Source: a virus
Direction: 5' to 3' (one strand)
Length of the DNA stretch: 64,000 bases
IMG/VR virus record: IMGVR_UViG_3300017742_000001
Span: 28,487-92,486 of that record
The notes below the pieces were generated by a model. The model saw only the letters and a program-made list of their open reading frames with translations. It searched no databases and was not told the origin of the DNA. Both the position numbers and the translations under genes were made by a program. This document shows, piece after piece, positions 1-9,409 of this stretch (positions within the stretch are counted from its first letter, which is position 1; every line of letters starts with the position of its first letter).

Positions 1-1806
1 AAAATTGATGATGGATCATCAGTTGGTAAAGTTGCTAGAATAGTTGCAGTTGCGTCAGGAACATCAAATGCTGCTTACTCAGCAGACGGTAGTACTTGGA
101 CAGCAACTAGTTTGCCAGCAAGTGCAACTTGGATTGACGTAACATACGATAATTACAACCAAAGATTTGTAGCAATTGCAAGTGATAGTGTAACTGTAGC
201 GATATCATTAGACGGTGAAGTTTGGGATACTACAGGTACATTAAACAGCACAGGCTTTACTGCTATTACAGCAGGACAAAGTATATTAGTTGCTGTTAAA
301 TCAGGCACAACAACTGCTGCTTACAGTATAGACGGCGGAGTTAATTGGATTGATGTAACAACTTTACCAGCAGCAAGTGCTTGGTCAAGTGTAGCATTTG
401 GACAAAACCACTTTATTGCAACAGCAACTGACAGTAGTGCAATTGCATACAGTATTGATAAAGGTGCTACTTGGACTACAAAAGATATTAGTTCACCAGA
501 CTCAACAACACCAGCAGGATTGCAAAGAATTGCATACGGCCAAGGCCAGTTTATGATTACTGCATACAAAGCAGGTGAAGATGGCGAAGGTTATACTTAT
601 GTTGCAATGTCACAAGATGGTTATAACTTTACTTGGGAAGGTGTTGGATCTGGAGAGGTTACATCAAACGGATTTAACGCTGTAGCATTTGGTACATATC
701 AGCGTAACGGTTATTGGGTAGTTATTGATACAGACGCATCAGATAGCGTACAAAGAATTAGTGCAGGCGCAACAACAAAAGCAAGACCTGGAGTTGCACA
801 GAACAAAATCTTTGAAGTACGTATCACAGAACCAGGTTCAGGATATGAAACTGTACCTACAATGACTATTACTGATCCAAGTGAAATTTACCCAGTACCG
901 TTCGAAGTTAGAACAGGAAGCGGTGTACTTGCTACTCCATCATTTAGAAGTAGAGGTACAGGATACGTTTCAGCAAGTGCTGACTTAGTAGGTGGTAATG
1001 GTTATGCAGAGTTTAGTCAAAGCGGAAACTTTATTGCAATTAGACAATTAAGTGCTCGTCCGCCAACAGGATCAAACATTGTATTTGGACACTTACCAAA
1101 TGAAACATTCAAGTTGGTTAACATTGTTACACTACTTGGAGCAAATGATGGCGCATTAACTTGTTTCTTACAGATATCACCAGAAATGAAAGTTATTAAT
1201 GTTCCAGCAGACGGCGTAAGTGTTACAACAAGAATTAGATACTCACAGGTACGTTTAACAGGACACGATTTCTTAGATATTGGTACTGGATCGTTTACAG
1301 AAACAAACTATCCAAACAATCCTTTACAAGATCCTGTACAACTACAAGAAACTAGAGAACGTAATGGAGGTAGAGTGTTCTTCACTGCTACTGACCAAGA
1401 CGGTAACTTTAGAGTTGGTGACTTGTTTAGTATTGAACAATCAACTGGTGTTGCAACATTGAATGCAGATGCATTTAACATTGCAGGACTACAAGAACTA
1501 TCACTGGGTGAAGTTACACTAGGTGGCGGATCAGCAAGTATTGACGAATTTAGTACAGATCCGTTCTTTACAGCAGACAGTGACAATGTAGTACCAACGC
1601 AGAGAGCGATCAAAGCGTACATTAGTTCACAAATTGGTGGTGGTGGTGCATCACTTAACGTAAATAGTGTTACAGCAGGTTTTATATATATTGCTGCTGA
1701 TGCTATAACAACTACAACACAACAGGCTATTAATGTTGATGCAAATATGAACTTTAAAGGCGGTGTGCGTGGTTTACCAGTAGCGTGGAGTTACTTCTTA
1801 ACATAA
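1..1806 (+). CDS. Large virion structural / tail-fibre-type protein with BNR-like repeats (5'-partial)
   Basis: Frame is open from base 1, upstream of the ORF-track start at 112. Repeated W-x-x-VA-[YF]-G and S-x-D-G-x-x-W motifs. C-terminal 'RYSQVRLTGHDFLDIGTG...TDQDGNFRVG' segment typical of large myophage virion proteins. Confidence 0.65.
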   Translation, partial: KIDDGSSVGKVARIVAVASGTSNAAYSADGSTWTATSLPASATWIDVTYDNYNQRFVAIASDSVTVAISLDGEVWDTTGTLNSTGFTAITAGQSILVAVKSGTTTAAYSIDGGVNWIDVTTLPAASAWSSVAFGQNHFIATATDSSAIAYSIDKGATWTTKDISSPDSTTPAGLQRIAYGQGQFMITAYKAGEDGEGYTYVAMSQDGYNFTWEGVGSGEVTSNGFNAVAFGTYQRNGYWVVIDTDASDSVQRISAGATTKARPGVAQNKIFEVRITEPGSGYETVPTMTITDPSEIYPVPFEVRTGSGVLATPSFRSRGTGYVSASADLVGGNGYAEFSQSGNFIAIRQLSARPPTGSNIVFGHLPNETFKLVNIVTLLGANDGALTCFLQISPEMKVINVPADGVSVTTRIRYSQVRLTGHDFLDIGTGSFTETNYPNNPLQDPVQLQETRERNGGRVFFTATDQDGNFRVGDLFSIEQSTGVATLNADAFNIAGLQELSLGEVTLGGGSASIDEFSTDPFFTADSDNVVPTQRAIKAYISSQIGGGGASLNVNSVTAGFIYIAADAITTTTQQAINVDANMNFKGGVRGLPVAWSYFLT

Positions 1807-1827
1807 ACATAATGGAGAAAATGTAAA

Positions 1828-2148
1828 ATGGCAACAGGAAGATTAGGAACAGCAGATCTAGCAGCGGTTACAGATACTACTCTGTACACTGTTCCGGCAG
1901 ATACTTTTAGTGTATTAACGCTATCGGTATGTAATAGAAATGCTAGTTCAGCAAAGATTAGAGTGGCAGTGTCCGCAAGTGCAACACCGGCAAATGATGA
2001 ATTTATTGAATTTGATTCAGAATTAGTTGGTAATTCAGTTATTGAGCGTACAGGTATTGTAATGGACGCTACAAAAATTTTAGTTGTACGTTCTGACACA
2101 ATTAACGTCAGTGCAGTAGCATACGGCATTGAAACAGCAACGATATAA
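1828..2148 (+). CDS. Small beta-rich virion/tail-associated protein
   Basis: GGAG RBS upstream; lies within the tail-fibre operon. Confidence 0.5.
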   Translation: MATGRLGTADLAAVTDTTLYTVPADTFSVLTLSVCNRNASSAKIRVAVSASATPANDEFIEFDSELVGNSVIERTGIVMDATKILVVRSDTINVSAVAYGIETATI

Positions 2149-2163
2149 CGAGGAGAGATAAAG

Positions 2164-2505
2164 ATGGGAAGAGAAGTAAAAGCAAATCCAAGAGGAGTTG
2201 TGCCTCCCTCACTCTTCGCTCAGGAAGCGATTAATGCTAGTCGATCAATTGAATCAAACAAAATTTATTTTGTTGATACTTCAACAGGCGTAGCAACATT
2301 AGACTTACCAAATAACCCTTTTGTAGGGGACATCATTAAGATTTTTGATGTAAATGGATCGTTTCAAACAAACAACTTAACAGTTGATCCTGGGTCACAT
2401 AAGATTATGCGTAATGCAGATACTATGACAGTGAGTACAGAGGGTGCAGCGTTTACATTAGTTTATTCAGGTTCGGCCAGTGGCTGGCTTGTAGAGGCGA
2501 TTTAA
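2164..2505 (+). CDS. Tail-fibre-associated protein (T4 gp34-N-like repeat)
   Basis: 'VDTSTGVATLDLP..P.VGD.I.I.D..GSF.TNNLTV' motif typical of long-tail-fibre proximal repeats; AGGAG RBS. Confidence 0.55.
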   Translation: MGREVKANPRGVVPPSLFAQEAINASRSIESNKIYFVDTSTGVATLDLPNNPFVGDIIKIFDVNGSFQTNNLTVDPGSHKIMRNADTMTVSTEGAAFTLVYSGSASGWLVEAI

Positions 2506-2520
2506 TAGGAGAATTTGTAA

Positions 2521-3432
2521 ATGCCATTTAATTATAACAGTGTTAAGAAGATAACAAATGACGGTATTGTTGATGCATCATTAACAGGTGATGACTTTGC
2601 AAGTGGTGCTGTTAACGCAGCAGCAGTAGCAGCAGGTGACATCACAGGTGATAAAATCAATGCAGCAAACATTACTTCTGGTAAAATTAACGATGCAAGT
2701 ATAACCGAAACTGCTATTGCAGACGGTGCAGTTAGTTTATCAGGAAGCATACCGACCGGTACACTACCTGTTGCCAACGGTGGTACAGCATTAACTTCTA
2801 CTGCCGCTGATAGAACTTTGATGGTAAACAATTCAGGTAATGCACTTGAATGGGGCTTTAGTGGTCTTATTCAATGTAATGTGTACACAGGAAACAGTAC
2901 TTGGACAAAACCAGCAGGCTGTACTAGAGCTAGAGTACAAGTAGTTGGTGGCGGAGCAGGTGGGTCTGGACACGGAGAAGCAGGCGGAGCCGGCGGCTAT
3001 TCAGAAGAAATAGTTGATGTAACTGGCGTAAGTACAGTGAGTATAACAATTGGCGGCAACGGCGGCGGTGTAAACTATCACAACCAAGCAGGTAATGGAG
3101 GAACATCAAGTTTTGGTCCTTATCTATCAGCAAGTGGCGGTGAAGGAGCAAGGCGTGTTGGCGGACACACAGGTGGACGACCAGGTATTGGATCAAGTGG
3201 TAATATTAATATGTACGGAGGCGGTGGCGCAGGTCACACGCACCACGGCGGAGGCCACGGAGGTACAAGTTACTTCGGTGGAGGAAACATTGGGGTACAC
3301 GACAGTAGCCCACAACCATCACAGCGTGAAGGCCAAGCAGCACCCGGAAGTGGTGGTGTTGGTGCACCACAAGCACGTAGAAGAGGTGCAAGTGGTAAAT
3401 CCGGTATGGTAGTTGTTTGGAGTTTAAGATAA
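2521..3432 (+). CDS. Gly-rich tail fibre/adhesin paralog 1
   Basis: N-terminal D-x-x-IT-x-x-K-I repeats and 'LPVANGGT' fibre motif; C-terminal Gly-rich domain (TWTKP...VQVVGGG) with HTHHGGG. Confidence 0.7.
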   Translation: MPFNYNSVKKITNDGIVDASLTGDDFASGAVNAAAVAAGDITGDKINAANITSGKINDASITETAIADGAVSLSGSIPTGTLPVANGGTALTSTAADRTLMVNNSGNALEWGFSGLIQCNVYTGNSTWTKPAGCTRARVQVVGGGAGGSGHGEAGGAGGYSEEIVDVTGVSTVSITIGGNGGGVNYHNQAGNGGTSSFGPYLSASGGEGARRVGGHTGGRPGIGSSGNINMYGGGGAGHTHHGGGHGGTSYFGGGNIGVHDSSPQPSQREGQAAPGSGGVGAPQARRRGASGKSGMVVVWSLR

Positions 3433-4346
3433 TGGCATTTAATTACGAAGGATTACAAAAAATTACAGGCGAAGGCCTAGTTGATACAACTATTGTTTTA
3501 AATGATATTGTAAATACAACACTAGATACTCCAAAATTTGACACTGGAGCAATTACAAACGCTAAACTTGCTAATAGTAGTATTCCATCAGGCGATGTTG
3601 CAGATGGTGCAATTACATCAAGTAAGTTAGGTAGTAACAGTATTGACTTAGCAGGTGCTAAAGTAGGCGGAGCCCTTTCAGGAAGTAAAGGTGGTACTGG
3701 ATTAGCATATGCTGGCGGTGACGCTAGAAGAAATATTAGAACAGATGCTAGTGGTAACCCAACTACAGGTTTAACAGGATTAAATGCTTGTAGAGTTTAT
3801 ACAAGTAACACTACTTGGACAAAACCAACGAACGTAACAAGAATTAGAGTACAAGTAATCGGCGGCGGAGGTGGCGGAACAGGCCACGGAGAAGCAGGCG
3901 GATCAGGTGGATACTCAGAAGAATATTTAGATGTCACTGGTGTTAGTAGTGTAAGTATTTCCATTGGCGGTGGTGGAGGTGGTGTAAACTACCATAACAG
4001 TGCTGGTAATGGCGGAACAACATCATTTGGACCGTATTTAAGTGCGTCAGGCGGTGAAGGTGCTAGGCGAGTAGGTGGACACTCAGGTGGACGCCCAGGC
4101 ATTGGTTCAGGCGGTAACTTAAACATTTACGGCGGAGGTGGCGCAGGCCATACACACCACGGTGGTGGTGGTGGAGGCAACGGCTATTTTGGTGGCGGAA
4201 ATATTGGTGTTCACGATAGTGGCCCACAACCATCACAACGTGAAGGACAAGCAGCAAATGGATCAGGCGGCACAGGCGCTCCTAGAGGTAGAAGACGAGG
4301 CGGCTCAGGACGTACTGGAATGGTAGTGGTTTGGGAGTACAAATAA
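3432..4346 (+). CDS. Gly-rich tail fibre/adhesin paralog 2
   Basis: Paralog of the flanking genes; true start is the ATG at 3432, overlapping the TAA of paralog 1 (TAATG). Confidence 0.7.
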   Translation: MAFNYEGLQKITGEGLVDTTIVLNDIVNTTLDTPKFDTGAITNAKLANSSIPSGDVADGAITSSKLGSNSIDLAGAKVGGALSGSKGGTGLAYAGGDARRNIRTDASGNPTTGLTGLNACRVYTSNTTWTKPTNVTRIRVQVIGGGGGGTGHGEAGGSGGYSEEYLDVTGVSSVSISIGGGGGGVNYHNSAGNGGTTSFGPYLSASGGEGARRVGGHSGGRPGIGSGGNLNIYGGGGAGHTHHGGGGGGNGYFGGGNIGVHDSGPQPSQREGQAANGSGGTGAPRGRRRGGSGRTGMVVVWEYK

Positions 4347-4347
4347 T

Positions 4348-5265
4348 ATGGCAATAAGTTACGAAGGATTAAAGAAATTAACAGGTGCTGGTATTGTTGA
4401 CGGTACTATCGGTTCCGCTGACATTGGTTCAGGACAAGTTAACAGAGATAAAATTATTGATGGTTCAATTGATACAGATCAAATTGCAGACGGTGCAGTA
4501 ACAGGTGGTAAAATTGATCCAACAGCAGGATTAGTAGCAGCAAAATTTGCAGCAGGAGCAGTAGATTTAACAGGTGCAGCAGTAACAGGCTCACTAGCAC
4601 CATCAAAAGGTGGTACAGGTAAATCTAGTTTAGGTGCTGCAAACCAAGTTTTAAAAATTAATGATGCAGGTGATGGGTTTGATTACACTTATGGAGACTT
4701 AGTAAGTGTAAACTATTATACAAGTAACACTACTTGGAACAGACCAGCAGGCGTTCAAAAAATTAGAGTACAGATCTGCGGAGCAGGCGGTGGCGGAACA
4801 GGTCACGGCGAATCCGGAGGCGCTGGCGGTTATGCAGAAGAAGTTATTGATGTAACAGGCATTTCATCAGTTTCCGTTACACTTAACGGTGGAGGTGGTG
4901 GTGTAAACTATCACAACTCAGCGGGAAATGGAGGTTCAAGCAGTTTTGGTCCTTATCTATCAGCAAGTGGTGGAGAAGGTGCAAGACGTGTTGGTGGTCA
5001 CTCAGGTGGACGACCAGGCGTTGGATCAGGCGGAAATCTAAACCAGTATGGAGGCGGAGGACGCGGACATACACACCACGGTGGTGGTTTAGGAGGAAGT
5101 TCATATTTTGGTGGTTCTAGTATTGGTGTTCACGATAGTGGACCGCAACCATCACAACGTGAAGGACAAGCATCACCAGGTAGTGGTGGTGTTGGTGCAC
5201 CTCGTGGTAGAAGACGAGGCGGAACGGGCCGAACAGGCATCTGTATAGTATGGAACTACAAATAG
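4348..5265 (+). CDS. Gly-rich tail fibre/adhesin paralog 3
   Basis: Same architecture; shares VNYHN, HTHHGGG and GVHDSGPQPSQREGQA. Confidence 0.7.
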   Translation: MAISYEGLKKLTGAGIVDGTIGSADIGSGQVNRDKIIDGSIDTDQIADGAVTGGKIDPTAGLVAAKFAAGAVDLTGAAVTGSLAPSKGGTGKSSLGAANQVLKINDAGDGFDYTYGDLVSVNYYTSNTTWNRPAGVQKIRVQICGAGGGGTGHGESGGAGGYAEEVIDVTGISSVSVTLNGGGGGVNYHNSAGNGGSSSFGPYLSASGGEGARRVGGHSGGRPGVGSGGNLNQYGGGGRGHTHHGGGLGGSSYFGGSSIGVHDSGPQPSQREGQASPGSGGVGAPRGRRRGGTGRTGICIVWNYK

Positions 5266-5277
5266 GAGTAATAAATT

Positions 5278-5739
5278 ATGGCTAAAAGTGTATTAGTAGA
5301 TTTCCAAGGTGGTATTCAACATATCTGCGAGCCGGGCGACGAATTCGAAGTTTTCGAGGGCCCAGACGCAAAAGTTAGATGGACAACTTGTGCATCCGAT
5401 GATGTTAATGATTCTTGGGTTTTACATAACGGTGTATGGGAACAAAATGTCCAAGCACCACCATCGTATACTGTTTTAAGAAGAAACGCATACGGTGAAA
5501 TCGGTGAACAACTAGATATGTTGTTTAAAGATATGCAAAATGGAACAACAAATTGGCAAGATCATATTGCAGCAGTGAAAAACACTGTACCAGGACCAAG
5601 CAGTGACGAAGCAAGAGAAATGAGAGCTTCTCGTGTTGTTATTAATTGGGGTACAGAAGATTCACCTGCGTGGACAGATAATGTTAATAGAGAAGTACCA
5701 AATTTAGTTAAAAACGTAGGAAAACTTACGTCAGACTAA
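5278..5739 (+). CDS. Putative tail-fibre assembly/chaperone protein
   Basis: 'RRNAY..IGEQLDML..D...GT..W.DHI.AVK' motif common after phage fibre genes. Confidence 0.5.
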   Translation: MAKSVLVDFQGGIQHICEPGDEFEVFEGPDAKVRWTTCASDDVNDSWVLHNGVWEQNVQAPPSYTVLRRNAYGEIGEQLDMLFKDMQNGTTNWQDHIAAVKNTVPGPSSDEAREMRASRVVINWGTEDSPAWTDNVNREVPNLVKNVGKLTSD

Positions 5740-5768
5740 ATCACTAATAAAGTACAGGGAACTGTATC

Positions 5769-5774
5769 TAAATA
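5769..5774 (+). promoter_or_regulatory. T4-type late promoter core (TAAATA) heading the halogenase/oxygenase operon
   Basis: CTAAATAAG, 9 nt upstream of the ATG at 5784; same motif precedes structural genes throughout the window. Confidence 0.6.
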
Positions 5775-5783
5775 AGTAATAAT

Positions 5784-6383
5784 ATGCTATTAGATATGTT
5801 CCCTGTTCGTACCTATACAACAGAAATAAAATTAGAAGAAAGTGATAAGTCTAAAATTAATGACTTTTTGCTTACTTTATTTGATTCTGTAAATGATTCT
5901 AATCACGCATTAGAAGCCGGCGGCAAAAGTACACATAGTGTAAACAAAGAATTACACAATGAAGAATTATTTTTACCTCTAGTAACAAAAATATACCAGA
6001 ACCTTTTACATTACTGGAATGAAGCAGGGTTTAGTCCTGGATGCCGTCCTAAGATAGTATCTATGTGGGCAAACATACATAACAAAGATGATTATACAGT
6101 AGAACATTCTCATACCACACACGTACTAGCAGGATGTTACTATTTAAAATTTAATAGCGATGCAGGTAGTATTGTATTTGTTAATCCTAACGAATATGCT
6201 CAACATTATTATCCATACTCAGAAGCAGGAAAAGTTAACGATATGCATTACACAGTACACGGTGCTGAAGATAAATTAATACTCTTTCCTGCACACGTTA
6301 AACACTACACAGAAGTAAATAACTCAAATGATGTTAGAATTAGCATTAACTTTAATGTAGATCAAGAGGCAATTGATGATTAA
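5784..6383 (+). CDS. 2OG-Fe(II) oxygenase (TIGR02466-like, HxH type)
   Basis: W.N...HSH...GCYY...LILFP..VKH...RISINFN. Confidence 0.85.
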   Translation: MLLDMFPVRTYTTEIKLEESDKSKINDFLLTLFDSVNDSNHALEAGGKSTHSVNKELHNEELFLPLVTKIYQNLLHYWNEAGFSPGCRPKIVSMWANIHNKDDYTVEHSHTTHVLAGCYYLKFNSDAGSIVFVNPNEYAQHYYPYSEAGKVNDMHYTVHGAEDKLILFPAHVKHYTEVNNSNDVRISINFNVDQEAIDD

Positions 6384-7833
6384 TAATGTAACAATAGTAG
6401 GCGGCGGCACAGCAGGTTTAACTACTGCACTTATTCTACGTGCTGCATATCCTGATATGCAAATACAACTAATACGTTCCGATACTATCGATATTGTTGG
6501 AGTAGGAGAAGGCACTACTGAGCATTGGAGAGATTTTTTAGAATTTGTAAAAATTAATCCTGCAGATTTTTTTATACACTGCGGCAGTACATTCAAACAC
6601 GGAATTTATTTTAAGAATTGGAATGGTGACGGCAAAGATTATTTGCATAATGTTCCTTCATATCTTATTGAAGAAAGCAGAATAGGTCATCCTAATGTAC
6701 TACACAAACTGATTGTAGAAAACGAAAAACAAATAGATATGTTTGATGAATTTATTGTTAATTCGCAACACTATCAACCTGTATTAGAGAGTACAAATCA
6801 ATATCACTTTGACACATTTAAATTAAATGAATTTTTAAATGACTTGTGTAGCAAACGTAGAATCAACATTATTGTTGATACAATTAAATCTGTTGAAGCA
6901 CTTGGCACTATACAAAAACTACACGGCGAAAAAAACATTTACGAAAGTGACTTTTATATTGATGCAACAGGATTTGCTAAAGTAGTACACAGTAAAGTAG
7001 GTAGTGATTGGAAAGATTGTACAGAGTATTTGCCAATGAATAGTGCAATTACATTTCCTACTAAACTAGATGATAAGTTTCCTGCTTATACTGCTGCTAC
7101 AGCATTAAGTTCTGGGTGGGTGTGGCAAATACCTACACAAGAAAGATACGGCAACGGTTATGTATATTGCGATGATTTTATTACTGAAGATCAAGCAATA
7201 GAAGAAGTAACAAAATACTACGGACACGATCTAGATATACGTAAAAAGTTTAAATTTGGTGCAGGATATTTACGTAATGTGTGGAACAAAAACTGTCTAG
7301 CAGTTGGGCTTAGTGCAAGTTTTATTGAGCCTTTAGAAGCCACTAACATTGGAACAGCCATACAACAAGCATTAGCCTTTGTTAATCATCTAGGGCTTTA
7401 CGACCCAAATAGAGATGTTGTACAAGATAGTTATAACAAAAAATTTGAAAAAGTTTTTCAGAATACTGTAGACTTTGTACAGTTGCACTACTTTACTAAA
7501 AGAAAAGATTCTGAGTTTTGGAAAAACAGCCACAACATTAAGAAGACAGATTTTAATGAAGCAACATTAGAACTGTACAAAAAGCAAATACCGTTATGGA
7601 CTGACTTTGCACACCCATATGTATTGTTTAATAACTTTAATTGGATAATGGTATTAACAGGATTGGGTATAATTGATAGACAATCATATTTAGATCAATG
7701 GGAACAACTGCCATATGAAACAAAGACAGAAGCAGATATTAAACTAGATGTATATTATAGTAGAGAGGCTGCTGTATTAGGACATTGGGAAGCAATTAAC
7801 TACATTAAGGAGATACATAATGGCGCAAATTAA
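6376..7833 (+). CDS. Flavin-dependent (tryptophan) halogenase-family protein 1
   Basis: GGGTAG, GVGEGT, STFKHGI (catalytic Lys), WVWQIP, FIEPLEAT. Confidence 0.9.
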   Translation: MINNVTIVGGGTAGLTTALILRAAYPDMQIQLIRSDTIDIVGVGEGTTEHWRDFLEFVKINPADFFIHCGSTFKHGIYFKNWNGDGKDYLHNVPSYLIEESRIGHPNVLHKLIVENEKQIDMFDEFIVNSQHYQPVLESTNQYHFDTFKLNEFLNDLCSKRRINIIVDTIKSVEALGTIQKLHGEKNIYESDFYIDATGFAKVVHSKVGSDWKDCTEYLPMNSAITFPTKLDDKFPAYTAATALSSGWVWQIPTQERYGNGYVYCDDFITEDQAIEEVTKYYGHDLDIRKKFKFGAGYLRNVWNKNCLAVGLSASFIEPLEATNIGTAIQQALAFVNHLGLYDPNRDVVQDSYNKKFEKVFQNTVDFVQLHYFTKRKDSEFWKNSHNIKKTDFNEATLELYKKQIPLWTDFAHPYVLFNNFNWIMVLTGLGIIDRQSYLDQWEQLPYETKTEADIKLDVYYSREAAVLGHWEAINYIKEIHNGAN

Positions 7834-9409
7834 AAAGATTTGTATCGTTGGCGGAGGTAGTGCAGGCTGGATGACAGCAGCAATGCTTTCAAAAAAATTA
7901 AAAAATATAGAACTTAGTCTAGTTGAATCACCTAAAGTCTCAACTGTAGGTGTAGGAGAATCTACACTAGGGCATATTAATAGATATTTGGATATGCTTG
8001 AATTGAAAGATAGTGACTGGATGGCAGAGTGTAATGCAACTTACAAGACTAGTATTAGATTCACAGACTTTAAAGAAAAAGACGGAACTAGTTTTCAATA
8101 TCCTTTTGGAACAATGCCTTTTGATCACACATCAAACGGAATAATGGATTACTTTTGGCATCAAGCATATACTGAAAATGAATATGATCATAGTGAGTTT
8201 GCAAGTTGGGCGTTGAATCAAACTATTATGACTGATCAAAATAAGTTGTATGACAACGCAGATGAAAGACAACAAATTAGAGGATTTGATTTCCACCTTA
8301 ATACAGCATACCATATGGATGCAGAAAAATTTGGTCAATATTTAAAAAATAATATTGCTCTTCCTAATGGTACAAAACATTTCTGGGATACTGTTAAAGA
8401 TGTAAAACAAGATGAAAATGGAAATATTATTGAACTAATAGGAGAAGAACAATCTCACTTTGCAGATTTATATATTGACTGTACTGGATTTACAAAATTA
8501 TTAATTGAAAAAATAATGAAAACTAAATTTGTAAGTTTCGGTGATGTATTAATGAATGATCGTGCAATGGCAACTCGTATTCCTTACAACGATAAAGAAA
8601 ATGAAATGCACAGTTTTACAGATTGTACTGCTATTGAAAACGGTTGGGTATGGGATATTCCTTTATATCATAGACGTGGTACAGGATATGTACACAGTAG
8701 CAAATTTGTTGATTGGGATCAAGCAGAAGTAGAATTTAAAAACTATCTAAGCAAAAGATTAAAACCAGAACAAATAGAAAAATTAGAATTTAACAGAATT
8801 AATATCAGACACGGTGTACAAGACACTCCTTGGAAAGGAAACGTATGTGCTATAGGATTAGCATTAGGGTTTGTTGAGCCTTTAGAAAGCACAGGACTGC
8901 TTACAACGCACGAAAACATTATACGCTTAGTAGGAACACTCACACGTAGAAACGGACTTGTAAATAATATGGATGTTGAAGGATGGAATTCAGCAGCAAG
9001 GTTTGAACTTGATAACTTCAAACAATTTGTAAGTATGCACTATGGTTTAAGTGGCCGTAGAGATACTCCTTATTGGAAGCACGTAACTGATACTGTAAAT
9101 TACATTCCTAATCCTGACGAAGCGTGGGATAATTGTGTACAAGATTACAACTATAGAATGAACACACGTCTACATCTAGACGGAGATACTAATGACGGAA
9201 AATATTTTATCCTAGCAGGTATGGGATACAATCCTATTAGTAAAGCACACGCAGATATGGAAGCATTTAGATATCCAGGCTTGCCAAGTATTTGGAAAGC
9301 AGCAATGAATAAACACGAAAAACATAAACAAGACGTTTTAGAATTATGTAAAACATTACCAACGCATTATCAATATTTGAAAGGTAAGTTCTATGACGGA
9401 AAAGAATAG
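7820..9409 (+). CDS. Flavin-dependent (tryptophan) halogenase-family protein 2
   Basis: GGGSAGW, GVGEST, ATYKTSI, WVWDIP, FVEPLESTG. Confidence 0.92.
   Translation: MAQIKKICIVGGGSAGWMTAAMLSKKLKNIELSLVESPKVSTVGVGESTLGHINRYLDMLELKDSDWMAECNATYKTSIRFTDFKEKDGTSFQYPFGTMPFDHTSNGIMDYFWHQAYTENEYDHSEFASWALNQTIMTDQNKLYDNADERQQIRGFDFHLNTAYHMDAEKFGQYLKNNIALPNGTKHFWDTVKDVKQDENGNIIELIGEEQSHFADLYIDCTGFTKLLIEKIMKTKFVSFGDVLMNDRAMATRIPYNDKENEMHSFTDCTAIENGWVWDIPLYHRRGTGYVHSSKFVDWDQAEVEFKNYLSKRLKPEQIEKLEFNRINIRHGVQDTPWKGNVCAIGLALGFVEPLESTGLLTTHENIIRLVGTLTRRNGLVNNMDVEGWNSAARFELDNFKQFVSMHYGLSGRRDTPYWKHVTDTVNYIPNPDEAWDNCVQDYNYRMNTRLHLDGDTNDGKYFILAGMGYNPISKAHADMEAFRYPGLPSIWKAAMNKHEKHKQDVLELCKTLPTHYQYLKGKFYDGKE

Noticed and set aside
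2521-5265. Diversity-generating retroelement acting on the fibre paralogs
   Set aside because: No reverse transcriptase in the window, and differences between copies are not adenine-specific.
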